A stretch of 64,000 nt of DNA from Sphaerodactylus townsendi (Eukaryota). Below are positions 10,929-23,615 of this stretch, one piece after another (the first letter of the stretch is position 1; the number at the start of each line of letters is the position of its first letter). The notes under the pieces were generated by a model. The model had not been told where the DNA came from. It was given only the letters and a program-made list of their open reading frames with translations, and searched no databases. Both the position numbers and the translations under genes were made by a program. The stretch covers positions 139,314,001 through 139,378,000 of the forward strand of contig NC_059425.1 of the NCBI RefSeq assembly GCF_021028975.2. Reading direction: 5' to 3'.

Positions 10929-13900
10929 AAGAGTCTTAGAAGTGGAAAGTTTGTCTGAAAGCATAAATTGTATTGTGACATAAAGCTTTCCGGCAGAGAC
11001 ATACTTTAATTTTTTTATTTATTCGCAAAATACGAATGTCAAGTACTCAGTAATTCTATGAATCTTTTCTTTTTTTTGACAGCAGACTCAAGTTGTTATT
11101 GCAAACATTTGCTGCCTGTAATTTCTCTTATCTAATGTCCATGATGTTGCAGAAACATCAGTGCCCCCAGATTGGTCTGCCACAAACTCAGTAGAGTGAC
11201 GCACTAAGATGTTGTTCTAGTTAGTATAGATATCAGCTGCAATAACAGCTTGTGAGGTTTATGTTTTGACTGAAAAAAATTGTCAGATTCCAGAGTGCAG
11301 CATCTTCCAGTGTGAACCTACCTGGCGCTAGATTAGAAATTATTTGTTTTGCATAGTAAAGATAATAGACAGAGGTAACTGAAATAAATAATCCAAACTA
11401 CGGTATATTCCCATGATGGTAAACATAGAACCATAAATTGAACAATGGACATAGAACTATAGAAACATAGAACTGCATACTGAATAATGGGCAATCTGCC
11501 ATTAATTTATACTACCAGTTCTGCCACCTGAGGCAGGCTCTGTTTGGGCCAGCAATAAAGTAACATCTTTTCTCACCCTCTGGAAAGAGATTTTCTAGAA
11601 ATCAGGATACCACTCACTCGAATAGTATGTGCTTTCTGCGGTCCCATAAGAAGTCAAACAGCCAGCCAAGAAGCAGGCAAAAGTGGATCAGTGAGAACAG
11701 AGGATCTGTTTGTTTCTTCTGCTCTGTTCCCTAGTTCACCATCCAACATGGAGTTCCGCTGACCTTTTTCTCATTGAAGCAAAAACAAAGTCATTAAGAA
11801 TTGTGTTATTGTACTTTGTACAGAACTGTTAATGAGCATGGTGCTTTACAGAATGGATTTAAGAGTGAAAGATGTTATGCTCCTTGGGGTAGGAACCTAT
11901 CTAAATTTTGATGATGGGGAGGGGGACAAGATGTAAGGTAAAGGCAACAAAGGGGAGGAGCAGGAAGATAAAAAATGTGAACAAACATTCTGCTTCAGCA
12001 ACTAAAGCACAATTGTAATATGATTAAAACAGTAGCTTCTCAGTTGAAAAGGGAATGGATAACAAATACGTTATTGATTTTGCAAGCTTCATTTTTAATT
12101 TTTCCCCTGATCTGTATGGCTGAATACAAAAATGTTCAGATGTCTGTATCTGTGTATTGTCATGTTTGTTTAGTTTTATCCCTTTTACTTGAAAGAGTTG
12201 CTAATCTCACACTGAAGGGCCGGAAATGAAAATCAATGTACTTAAAATAACCATATGCTAAATGGTATGACTTCAATCAAGTTGAAAAGCAGAGGTGCAT
12301 TCAAGAAATATAAATTTCAGAATGGCAGATGCTAGAGCAGTGAGATCTAGATCGCAGACAACAGCACTTGCACACATGGCTGAGTTTGCAGCAGAGTATG
12401 CAATCGACAGTCTATTTCCTAATAATTGGTACTGCTTGCACTACAGTTCTCTTCAAAAATGAAGCACCTTGCGCTCCTTTTTTGGGAACATAAGAGGAGA
12501 AACGTGAAAATCATATCCATGTCCCCCCATCAAACAACCTGGAATAAAAATAGCCATTTAATGTCGTGACTATATAGGGTTTTTTCCCATATTGGTGTCA
12601 GTTGCACATCCTTACCTCACCAAACACTGAGGAATCCAGCACCATTGGAAATGCCTGTCCTGTCTTGTGTTCTGATGCTGTAGAATACTAATGGAGGGGT
12701 TTTTCCTCTGCTACATCATCTCCAAAGTAAACCCTTAACAAAATCAGAATAAACTGATGTTTCTGAAGTTTGATCCTGCACCCTTATATATTTTTACTCA
12801 TTATTTTTCTAAGGTTAGATATGTAATCTCTACATAAGCCCAGCAGTCAAAATTAAAATTCAGAACATGTTCCATCTGCTTTGATAGGATTGCATTTTGA
12901 GTGTTCCTCCTAAATGTAACTGAAAATCAAACAATAAAAAAGCTTTACTGTGTTCTCAAGAGTATGTGATGGAAATGGTGTTACTAATGATGGGGATATT
13001 TACTGGTTAATGTTTTTCACCATATTGTCTGTTTAAGCAAGGCTTGGCTGATGATGATGATGAGTCAATAGGAAATTTTTCGATGATTTCAATAGTGATC
13101 AATCAGATTTTGTGTGCTTTTTGTATGTGCGTGTGCGTATTTAAGGGAGATTTTGAGTCTTGAGCAATGCTTTATTTAAAGTATAACTTTGGTACAGCTG
13201 AATCAGACTAAGACCACCATTTAACAAAAGAGTATTTTATTACTGAGAATGAAAATGCCTTCTTAATTACATACAGAAGAATTATTCTCACAGTGCTTCA
13301 CTAAAAATACTAAATTGTCTTCAGGGTAGTTGACAAGTATGATAAGACTTTTATTCCTCTTGACTTTCAGTTACTTAAATACCAGGTTTTGCTCAGATGT
13401 GAGAATTTCTTAAATAACATTGACATTTACTTCTCTGGCCAGCCAAATGAAAATCTGAGATTTTCATTCGTTGTGCACTCAAGAGTTCTATTAGCTGCTC
13501 CTGGGTCATTGTTTTGATTTTTGCAGGCATGGAGGTGGACATCCTCCTAGCAGTGAGATGCACCAAAATAACAATATATTCACAATTTTGAGCAGTCGGC
13601 ATTCTTGCTATATAAAGCTCAATACTGACATTACAGCCTCAGTCCAGATAAAGTTAGTTCTGCTTAAATCCTCCGTTCAATTAGTTGAAAGTACTTTTTT
13701 CTGAACTAGGTTCTACAAACTCAAGTTCATTGTTCACATAAGAACAGTTGGTATAAATCGTGTGTGATCATCTTAATGCCACCTGTTTCTTTTCACAAGT
13801 AGAACTTCTATAAAAATAACACCTTATCCCTTTGAAACTTGGAATAAAGGAGTGTCTGTCAAAGACAGACTGTTATTGTAATCCTACATCAATACAATCC

Positions 13901-14049
13901 TGAGAGAGGTTTCCCATTTATCTAAGTGTATAAGTATTCACATATATTCAATCTTGCCATATCATTCATACAAAGGAGACTGTTCACAAGTGAAATTTAA
14001 AATACATGAACGATGCCTAAAGATAATTAGCTATGAGGAGTGCCAACTA

Positions 14050-14281
14050 CCGTGTTTCCCCAAATATAAGACAGTGTCTTATATTAATTTTTGCTCCCAA
14101 AGATGTGCTATGTCTTATTTTCAGGGGATGTCTTATTTTTCTGTGTTCTGTTCGTCGGGCATGCTTCCAAACAAAAACTTTGCTACGTCTTTCTTTTGGG
14201 GGATGCCTTATATTTCGCACTTCAGCAAAACCTCTACTATGTTTTATTTTTAGGGGATGTCTTCTATTCGGGGAAACAGGG
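14050..14281. mobile_element. Non-autonomous Tc1/mariner-pogo-type MITE
   Basis: ~24-bp TIRs CCGTGTTTCCCCAAATATAAGACA and CCCTGTTTCCCCGAATAGAAGACA (reverse complement), TA on both sides, internal tgtcttatttt subrepeats. Confidence 0.88.
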
Positions 14282-14664
14282 TAATAAGAATATCTTCAAG
14301 AGTTCTCAGGCACAATTGTTGAACACTTGTTCTAGTTTTCCTATTAGAAAAGATGCACATTTTTCAAAACACAAAAACAGACTTGTAGTGAATTAGTTAA
14401 AACATATTTTATTTTCAGTTTTTTTAACCAATTTTGTATCAAGTTTTGTTTATGTCTGTAAATCCAAGCAAATCATAATTTAAATTAGAATCTCATTCCT
14501 GTTTCTGCAAGGAAAATAAAATGATAAATGTGGGAATAATTATAATCTGAGAAAATAAAAGCTAGTGATTTTCAAAGTGAAACCGTAGAATAAATGTCGT
14601 AGATTTAATCTAATGTATTAGTTCACTCTTTACTTTCTTCGCTATCTTATAGTGCACAGCTGAG

Positions 14665-14986
14665 GGCCAGAATAGATGTGATGGCATCCTCTTGGCAGCC
14701 ACAAGGATGCCTCTACTATTTTAAAGTCATTTAAACATGTTGGAAGGGCTTGATCCTGACTGGAATCACATTGTGATGGTCTGAGATCCTCTTATCCCCC
14801 CTCCCGCCCCCTTATGCCAACATGGTGTTCCCCGTGACTCTTTCAGTATTTCAGACGACTTGGAGGGGAACACAAGAGGGCTACACTCTGGGTCATTCAG
14901 GATCAAGACCTCATTTTTGAATGACTTGAAAATGGCAGTGGCGGCCTCATGGGTGCCACGAGGACACTGTCACATCTAGTTTGGCC
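14665..14986. mobile_element. Palindromic MITE, probably PIF/Harbinger type
   Basis: Ends GGCCAGAATAGATGTGA and GGCCAAACTAGATGTGA (reverse complement); imperfect inverted arms extend ~100 bp; TGA near both flanks. Confidence 0.7.
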
Positions 14987-16173
14987 TGAGTTCTGATTAT
15001 TAGCAGATGAATTAGCAATGCAGAAAATCATATTGTTTAAATATGGTCTGGCCTATTAAAAAGCAAAGTCTCTTTTCTTCACCCACTGAAAAAGATTGTG
15101 CTCAACATAGTACTTTGTATGCTAGTATCGAGTTTGATAAACTGACTGAACTTCCAAACATTTTAAGTCTGGTAGCACTGGAAAGTGTTGTCAAGTCACA
15201 GTTGATTTGTGGCAATTTTTTTCTAAACAAAATATATTTTGAGGTGATTTGCCATTGCCTGTTTCCACATGGGCTGAGAGGGTTCTGAGAGAACTGTGAT
15301 TGGGCCCAAAGTCCCCCAGTAGGCCTCATATGGAAGAGTGGGGAATCGAACTCGGTTCTTCACATCAGAGTCCACTTCTTTTAATGGCTACAAGATGCTG
15401 GCTCTTGTTTTTTAAGTAGATAAGTACAACTAAACTTATCATTAAAGGATTTTAGCTTCAGGGGCAGCATTTCAGTATGCCTTGTGTGCATGACGCAGAC
15501 AAGACCAGTTACAGAGGTGAGGACTTCTGTGGCATAAAATAATTTTGACAGATTTAATATTTCATTCCTCTGCATCGTTGTGACACTGTAAGCAACACCT
15601 TCTGAAATGTCTCGTCCTCCAATGTACAAGTGCTAAAGATACATACAAGAGTCTTCTGCTGCATTCGGGCACCTGGGTCTGGTCCTCCAGTCACTGTCAG
15701 TTTGGAAGTAATGTAGGGAGTGCTGCAGAATACTGTGTCTGACAATCTGCATTTTGCTGGCACTGTGGATCAATTTCTGGATCTCCAGCTCTGGATCCAT
15801 TACTTATCATATGTACCTTTGCATAATTGGGGAATGCTTTTAACTTAGGTAAGCATTTTACCTCACTATTTTTAAAAGTTGCAAAGAAATGCACTATATT
15901 TTTTAGAAGAAAAAAAAAATAAGGCGAGGGTGAAATAAACATAGAAAAGTTAACATACGACAGTGATCATCTTGATATAACTGCTTCAGCATTCGGAATA
16001 ATTATTAATAGCACAAAATAAATTGAAACGCCTAAACAAAAACATGAATTACAGCTTGAATAGAATCAGAAAGTCCTTTGTAATTATATCAGTAAATTAA
16101 GATCTGGACCTTAAAGATAGTCATAGAAGCTCCACAAAGCAGCATGGTATAGTGGGTAGTGGTTGGGATCTGA

Positions 16174-16313
16174 GGCCCCTTCCCCACAAGCAAAATAATG
16201 CACTTTCAATCCACTGTCACAATTGTTTAAAAGTGGATTTTGCTATTCCACACAGTAAAATCCAGGTGCAAATTGTATTGAAAGTGCATTATTCTGCATG
16301 TGCGGAAGGGGGC
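16174..16313. mobile_element. GGCCCCTTCCGCAC-family MITE, copy 1
   Basis: ~35-bp TIRs (…AATAATGCACTTTCAA / TTGAAAGTGCATTATT…); homologous to the copies at 40.3-41.6 kb. Confidence 0.88.
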
Positions 16314-19300
16314 AGAGAAACCTTCATCCTGTTCCTTTGCTGAGCTCACTAAGTAGGTAGAAGTTGCAGGTCATTGCGTTGATCTGAAGAAAAATTTAAA
16401 ACAAAGGCAAAACAGTAACCTCTGTTAGGAGTGACCAAAATAACCCTGGATGGAAGTCTCCATAATGCCAAATGTTAAACAACAACAAAATGTGTGTGGT
16501 GTGTGTGCAGGAAGGGGGTGGGGGTGGGGGAGATGTTCAGATCATAATATTAAGACCTTGTGTCTATATCCTGTATAGCACTCCTGGCATGGTGCTGTGT
16601 AGTGTTGGAATTATGCTGCACCAGAATCTTTCAGGAGGAAGAAAAAGGAGAAAGAAGTCACTAACTGAGAATGTAAAAATGGCAAAAGCTTTTCTCACTT
16701 CTGCTTTCCTTACACATGCTTATAATATGTGAAATGGCAAAGAACTGTGACTATTCTTTAGATGTTCCAAATTAAATGGAGAAGGAAGAAGATCAAATGG
16801 TTTCTGATTTTTTAAAAACTTATTTTCTACAATAAAAACAGATTTTAGCCTAACTAACCTTGTATGTATAGAGCACACTGAATGGAAGTCATCTAGAGTT
16901 ACACTCTTATGCACAACTGTTCAGAAGTAAGTTCCATGGTATGTAGTCATACTTCAGAGTACCTTCACACAGTACTGTCTTATCAAGTTCCTAGTTTATA
17001 CCGAAAGGTATGTCCCAACGTCTTTGAGTTTAGCTCTTCTAAGAGACCTATCAGTAGTGCTTGGTAGTTAGTGTTCAATAGGCCACTTTATTTCATACCC
17101 CAGGTTTGATGGGGTAAGGCAGTGAACAAATTGTCTGACCAAAATAACTTGCAATCTATTTAGGTTCATGGTAGCCGAAACTGTGGAGACTGAAGCCAAT
17201 ATAGACAGCTCTTTCTTGGCTAAGCCTAATGATGTAAAAAGGTGGGAGGAATAAATGAAATTTTCTGCATATTGGGAAGGAAAATGCAATATTAAGCAAG
17301 CATACCTTTATGCAGAATGTGAACTAAGTCATTGGGGGGGTGGGGGGCTCAGCATTTAGCAGAAACATATTTTCTTAACGTAAGGCCTTTTCTCTAACAC
17401 AATTGTTGCTGTCAACAGGAGAGATTAGTTTGCCCTCTGTACCTCAGCAAAATATTCACAAAGCAGAGAATTCTAAAATTTTTGAGTTTCTATTAAAATA
17501 CCCAAAGTGGTAGGTAAATGTTTTTTCAGAACCTGCATGAAAGTGCACCTTTTTAAAAAACACGCGCCAAATCCACATCAGTGGGGAGGATCAGGGTTTC
17601 AATCTAGATTTAATTTCCCGCTGTTGGCAGAGCCTTCCAGCCAATCAGAGCACAGTGGGCTGTGCACGATTTGTGTGCAGCCCTTTTTTTGTTTTGTGCC
17701 AGGCTACATGGAAACATGGCAGCATGGAGCGTGATTTCTGTGCCAACTGTTAACTAAAATTACACTTTTGTGCCAGCACAGCTGTGTGGATAAAAAGTAC
17801 CGAAGCCATGCATAAATGTAGCTTAGTGCGAAAAACAGCTACGGTTCTATCTACGCATGTGTGTGGTGACGTAGCTGTGCAAAAAAAAAGTTTTTTAAAA
17901 AATTCCCGCCCCAACACAGCGCAACAGCCAATCAGGACAAGGAAGAAAGAGCCACTGAGCAGATCGGGTGTGCGATTGCACGATCATGGGGAGTGCTGCA
18001 CTGTATGAAAGCGTGATAGACATGGATGTCCTCATCACACCCTCACTGCAGTGGGGAGGGTGAAACCATGATGAAAAGGTGCCGTTTCTTTTGAAACCTG
18101 GTTGTACCTGAATTTCTTAGCGGGAATTTGACCTAAGTGGCAAGATCATATCTGAGATATTATTCATGAGGCCTGATGGTGCATGGCAGTGAACTTATTG
18201 TCCCTGCTTCGTGAGTGCACGCCCTATTGAAAGGATTCCCTGTTCGCTGACATAAGAATGTTTCGGCTGAAATGGACAGAGAAGATCACCAATAGAACAA
18301 GATCTCTTGTGGAATAAATTTTTCAAGCACTGCTTACAAGTGGGATTGCCAACTTTTCTGTTTGCGCAGTGTTGCCATGGGTCTGATGGGGCATGAAGAA
18401 AGCAGGATAAAATGTGTAAAAGTTTTTCCTTGGTGTGTTCTTATGCTTGAATGTGTTGCAGTTCTCAGGTATCTTTTATGCAATCTGGAAAGGCAAGCAT
18501 CTCTAGTGGAAAATGATTGTAATCCCACAGAGGAAAAAAATGGCTCCCTACTGGTAATTGGTGCCTCTGTAAGGATAGGATGGTGCATTGAAAAGTTGTC
18601 CAGCTGCTGACAGACAAGAAAGACAGGAACAGTGTGGTGTACTCATCTTAGCAGCTTAGGACAAGTTGAGTGAAGATTTGTGCAGCAGCCATTCTGCACT
18701 CTCCAGACAGTTCTTCTCTTTCTCAGTAGTAATTATCTTTGCGAAGTGTATATTTGAGAGGGAGGGAGGATGAAGTGTGGTCATTAGCACAGTACTCACC
18801 TATCATGCCATGTAGAGAGATGCATTGGAACGCTGACTTAAGTGACTGCACGATCTGCTCCGTGTTATTTGGATCTGATATTGCAGGGAAGAATGAGTCA
18901 TGATGGTTGACTGGCAATTCTAATAAGTAGAATGTTTTGTGCTCACCAGCAAAGGCAACTGTACTCTTCGTGGCCTTCATCTATGAAAATAAAAGCATGC
19001 CTTCTGTGTAAAATGAATATTTAACATGTGTTCCACATGAGGAATGGAGCTTGTTGTCAGTCCACGGTTTCCCTATATAAGGGGGTAGGGATTCGAGAGG
19101 AAGGCACTGAATGCCCCTGTATGTGAGTACTCTTTGTATTTTTGAATTATTTTGAAGTTCGCTTACACTTTTAGGAGTTTTAATATCACTAGTGGTATAC
19201 TGTAACTGCAGTTAACTAGAATCCTATCTGCTATTGTAGCTCTTGGTAACAGGAAAGAGCAAGAAACAGTCTAGTTGGGCTTTTTGTGTTAATTGGAAAT

Positions 19301-19632
19301 TAGAGCTGTTAACACAATTAAACAAATCTTACCCAGTCCTGAGGGCTGCTGAGGTGGAGGCGACTGGCCACCAGCACAGCAGTGGCACCACTGGTCCATT
19401 CCCTAAAGGGAACCCGGAGAGCTTGGGAATTGGGAAAATCCCTATCAGCAGGCTTTCAGGGGCTGTGACTGTTGCAGCCTCTTTCACAACAGCATCACTG
19501 TGTCCATAAGACACCATAGGAGCCTGTCAGTATAGCTGTGATGGATGGGAGAACCAACGAATACAGGGAGGCAACTATGGGAGCCAGCTCCAGGAAAGTG
19601 TGAGCGGGTTGGTGGGTGGGACTCACTGCTGG

Positions 19633-19951
19633 CAGGGTTGCTAATCCTCCAGTGCGGACAGGATATTCTCACCCCCAGCTCTCATTTGTCACTACCACTT
19701 GGTGGCAATGGGAGAAAAAAATGGCCATCAAGCCTATGTGTGATGTAACCTCTGGGGAAAACTTTGAAGTAGTTTTGCTGAAGGCTCTATGGTTTTACAG
19801 TAGAATTTCTGGGAACTCCTAGAGAGGGGTGACATCATTTCCACGGTTTTCCTAGAAGTGACACCAAGCTGTTCCTGATGGCTGCCCTCCCCGCCCCATA
19901 TACCTGCCTCTTGCTCTCTCACTAGTTGCTAGGCTGGGCCTGGAAACCCTA
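19633..19951. mobile_element. AGGGTTGCCA-ended non-autonomous DNA element (hAT-like)
   Basis: Left end agggttgcta, right end tggaaaccct; degenerate. Confidence 0.55.
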
Positions 19952-22533
19952 CTGCTAGGCTATGCCCCAAACCCGCAGCACACACCACACTCCAATAAAG
20001 GCGCAGACCTGCCAACCCTACCACTGTGCTACACCCACAGCACCCCATAATACCACACCAACAGCACCACAGGCCTCCATCAAGCAGACTGGAAGCAGCA
20101 GTACCAGGGCATATCCCACATGTAAGTAGCAACCCTAAGCTACTTACCCAGGAGTGACTCCCCCAAAAAGCAATGATGCTTACTCTCCACAAAAGTGGCA
20201 CAGGGACAGCAAAAGGCACACAGGGTATGCCATGGGTGCTGGGCAGTCACCAGTGGAGGTGCTTCCCAGAATTACAGCTATGGTGTGGTGGCTGGCCTCA
20301 GGGTGTGCCTTAACTTCAGGGTGCTGAGGCTGACCTCCTGATCCCTAATGAAGCAGAAGGTGGGCCACAAGGGCAGGAGCTGACATGAGACCCTGGATTA
20401 CTGCTGACGAGTTTGCAGGAGCCCCTCAATGCCTGGCTGCTGCCTGTCCATGTCCAAAATGGCAACTACTAACTGCATGAAGCCACACCTATTGTGGCTT
20501 TATGTGGTCCTCCAGAACACAGTATTCCTCCCTTTGTGCTCGATTTCTAGCCACTCCATTTTGATGGTCATCCACATGGATAAAAGGGTAAGATGAGCTG
20601 TGGACCCCATGCAAGAGAGTTTGGCAGCAACTCCACATCACCAGACCCACCAAGGATCTCAGTGGCTGCAGCATAGGGGGCCAGGTTAGGGCATAGCACA
20701 GCTCCAGCAACCTCCACCCATATCCTGCAGCTCCACCCCACCACCATCTGAGGACATAGAGTCCCACCCACTACAGCAGTTTTCCATGACAACTCTCTCT
20801 GAGGAGTCTCCAGTGCCCAGAATCTGGAGGATGACCACCCTGACCTCCATGGTACAAAGTTACAAAGATGACGCCAGCAGAAGAGGTCAGAGCAAAGGAA
20901 CCTAAGATGGCAACAAGAAGCAATACATCAGTTTGCAGGGTCAATCATGCCCCAACTCATTGGCTGCTTCCATCCTTGTCTATCCTTTCAGAGGGCACGG
21001 TGGTGTTGCTACTCAAATAAATGGAGCATTCACAGAGCACCTACAGTTCCCAACAGCACCTGGCTGAAGCTGTTTTGCCTGGACAGGGTGGCCTTCCAAG
21101 GCCTCTGAGAGGAGTTCGGCCAAGTGTTACAGAACCAAGCATCTGCTCTAATATTTCATGAAATCTTATGCTAGAGTGAACTTTGTTAGTCTTTATTATG
21201 CCATTGGATTTCTGTTTTATAATCCTATGCAGAGCTGGTCCTATGTAACTACTTTGACACTAATGGTCTTAGACTGGAATAACTCTTAGTACTCCAGTCC
21301 TAGTCTCCTAGTAGTGCTATTTGAAAATGATGTTTAAAATTGTGATTTTACTGCTCAAGCCTATTTTACTAATATTTATAAGTGACTTGGTATTAACTTC
21401 GGTTTTCTATTACTGTCATACTACTGACAAGTACTATGAAGCTATTGAAAGGTGAACTTTTTCACACCTTACTTTAGAGGATCATCATGTCAGTGTGCTT
21501 AGATTTAGAGAAATAAGAGCAAAAAAATTTGTGCCAAAGGAAGAATGCTTCACAGTGGCCCTAGACAGGAAATAAAAGATGTTTCTCTGGGCTAACATAG
21601 AACATTTTGCACATGTAGAATAGAAGGTTGGCAAAAGGCTGATCTACTGGGAAATTGCTTCTTTCTGTGACAAAGAGGCAAATAATTGAATCTTAACAAG
21701 GGTACTGTAACAAATTATTATTTTTAGTATTGCTAGGTGACATTAAGAGCCTTCCAAATGTGCGGTTGCTGAAGTTCCGTGATCACCAATAGATATTTTT
21801 TCTATGGAAAAAAGAGAAGCATAAAAAAGGTAAGAGAATGCTTCAGAAATAACACAGATGAAAGAAAGTGAAGTAGAATATTATATTGAGAGAACAGACA
21901 TTTTCCTAGCTGAATGAGTAGGAACACGGGGCAAAATGAACAATAAAAGTATAGAATGGGGGAAAAAACAATCCCTCTCTAATTCACAGATTCATTTGGT
22001 TGTTGTAAAGTTCCAGGATCCATTTGAAATGGGAAATCCCTAGTGCTTAGTCTGTTGCATGTTGCCGGAACTCAATACTGCAATAAAAGGTGAGCTTTTG
22101 TGAATGTTACTTTCTTAACCCCAAATTGGCACATCTGGGATTAGGGTACAAGCTTTCTGATAAGAGGTGTTGATTTCTATGAAAAGTTTGCCCTGGGACA
22201 TTTCCGCTTAGAAATTAATCTCTGGAAAAGTGAAGCTTGTCACTATGAGATTCTGTGCACTGGTAACCAATTATTGGGGTGTACATCTTCCAGAGCTAGT
22301 CATTTACAGTAAGCCAAAAGCTGCTTTCTCTGAAGTAGAAATTGCAGAAGGCAAGTTGGTAGGGAGTGCAGGAGCCCTTTGCAAGAGCAGTTTTTGTGGG
22401 TTGAAAATTCCATTCTCCAAGGCTTTCAATATCAGTTCATCACTTTTATGGAATGATGCAGTCATTTACCACTTCAGACCTTTGAAACGGTAGATGCCCT
22501 TAAAGTCAAAAAAGTTTTAAAAATTAAAAAAAA

Positions 22534-23615
22534 TCTATATATATAAAAAGCTAACAGTGTTTTTGTTACTGATGCCCTAACGCCGAAACGGCTGGACGGA
22601 TCAGCCCCAATTTTTCACATGACGTTCCTCCCTGTTGCGGGCAGGTAATTGGACCTTCAAATTGCCAAAAGTCCATACCTGAGCCAGGTAAAATGTCTTT
22701 TTCCTGGCACACCAGGCCACGAAGCTGGCTGTGTTTAATTTATTTATTTATTTATTCATTTATTTTTTCGATTTATAAACTGCCCCATCCCCTATGGGCT
22801 CTATGGGCTCTCTGTCACCCTTAGAATGTTTGTGCAGCATGTCTGTGGCCTGAGGGGTTGGTATGCCCTTAGAATATCTATGCAGATGGCCAGAGATGAG
22901 CAGTGAAAACAGTAAATAGGTAATACTGTTAGGTAATACGAGTGGAAGTGAAACACATACACACTTTGCTGTGTGAGACGTCAGATGGGGTTCCCCCCCT
23001 CACACGCAGGTATCTTTCACCCACTGCTACCACACAACCCACATACTCTCATACACATCTAGCTCATCCTCACACACCTCACTCTGCCCTCCCTCACATC
23101 CAACCACCACTTATCCACTTCCTCACCCATATTCGCCACAGCTCTCTTTTACTAAAAGCGATCTGGAGTTTGCCTTTTTCTACTGAGAAAATCCACGGGG
23201 TGAGGGCGAACCAACACTCCTGGCTGCGATTCTTTTGCACATGGCCCTTTAAGAACCCAGGGAGCTGGCCTCGATCTGAGCGCCTCACCACCCTGCCTCT
23301 GCTGCCTGACTGGGATAGCCTGCTTAGCCCAGTTCTGCCTTACCCAAGCCAGGACTGTGCATGTCAACCAGCCTCATGGACAGCGGGATTCGCACTCTGG
23401 GCAGTTCCGTTATGGAATGGAAAGGGTTATACCTTATACTAAAAACCAAGACACCACCATATAACAATGTGAATTGAAAAGAGAAAGACGGATTCCATTT
23501 GACCACCCCAAAAGGCTATTCTGCGGATCATTGGACCTGTGTTGATATCTGTGTGGGTTGCAGACTGTGATGAGAAGGACAATTGCCACAGCAACGTGTG
23601 GCCGGGCCCCGCTAG
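22534..23615 (+). mobile_element. Non-autonomous Helitron, copy 1
   Basis: 5' TCTATATATATAAAA; subterminal hairpin GCCACA-gcaacg-TGTGGC at 23585-23602; 3' CTAG; sits between host A22533 and T23616 with no TSD; colinear with 45302-46621. Confidence 0.9.

Noticed and set aside
22942-23442. 166-aa ORF with peptides repeated at 45655-46151
   Set aside because: Lies inside the Helitron, has a GTG start, and the frame is broken in the second copy; similarity reflects DNA repeat identity.
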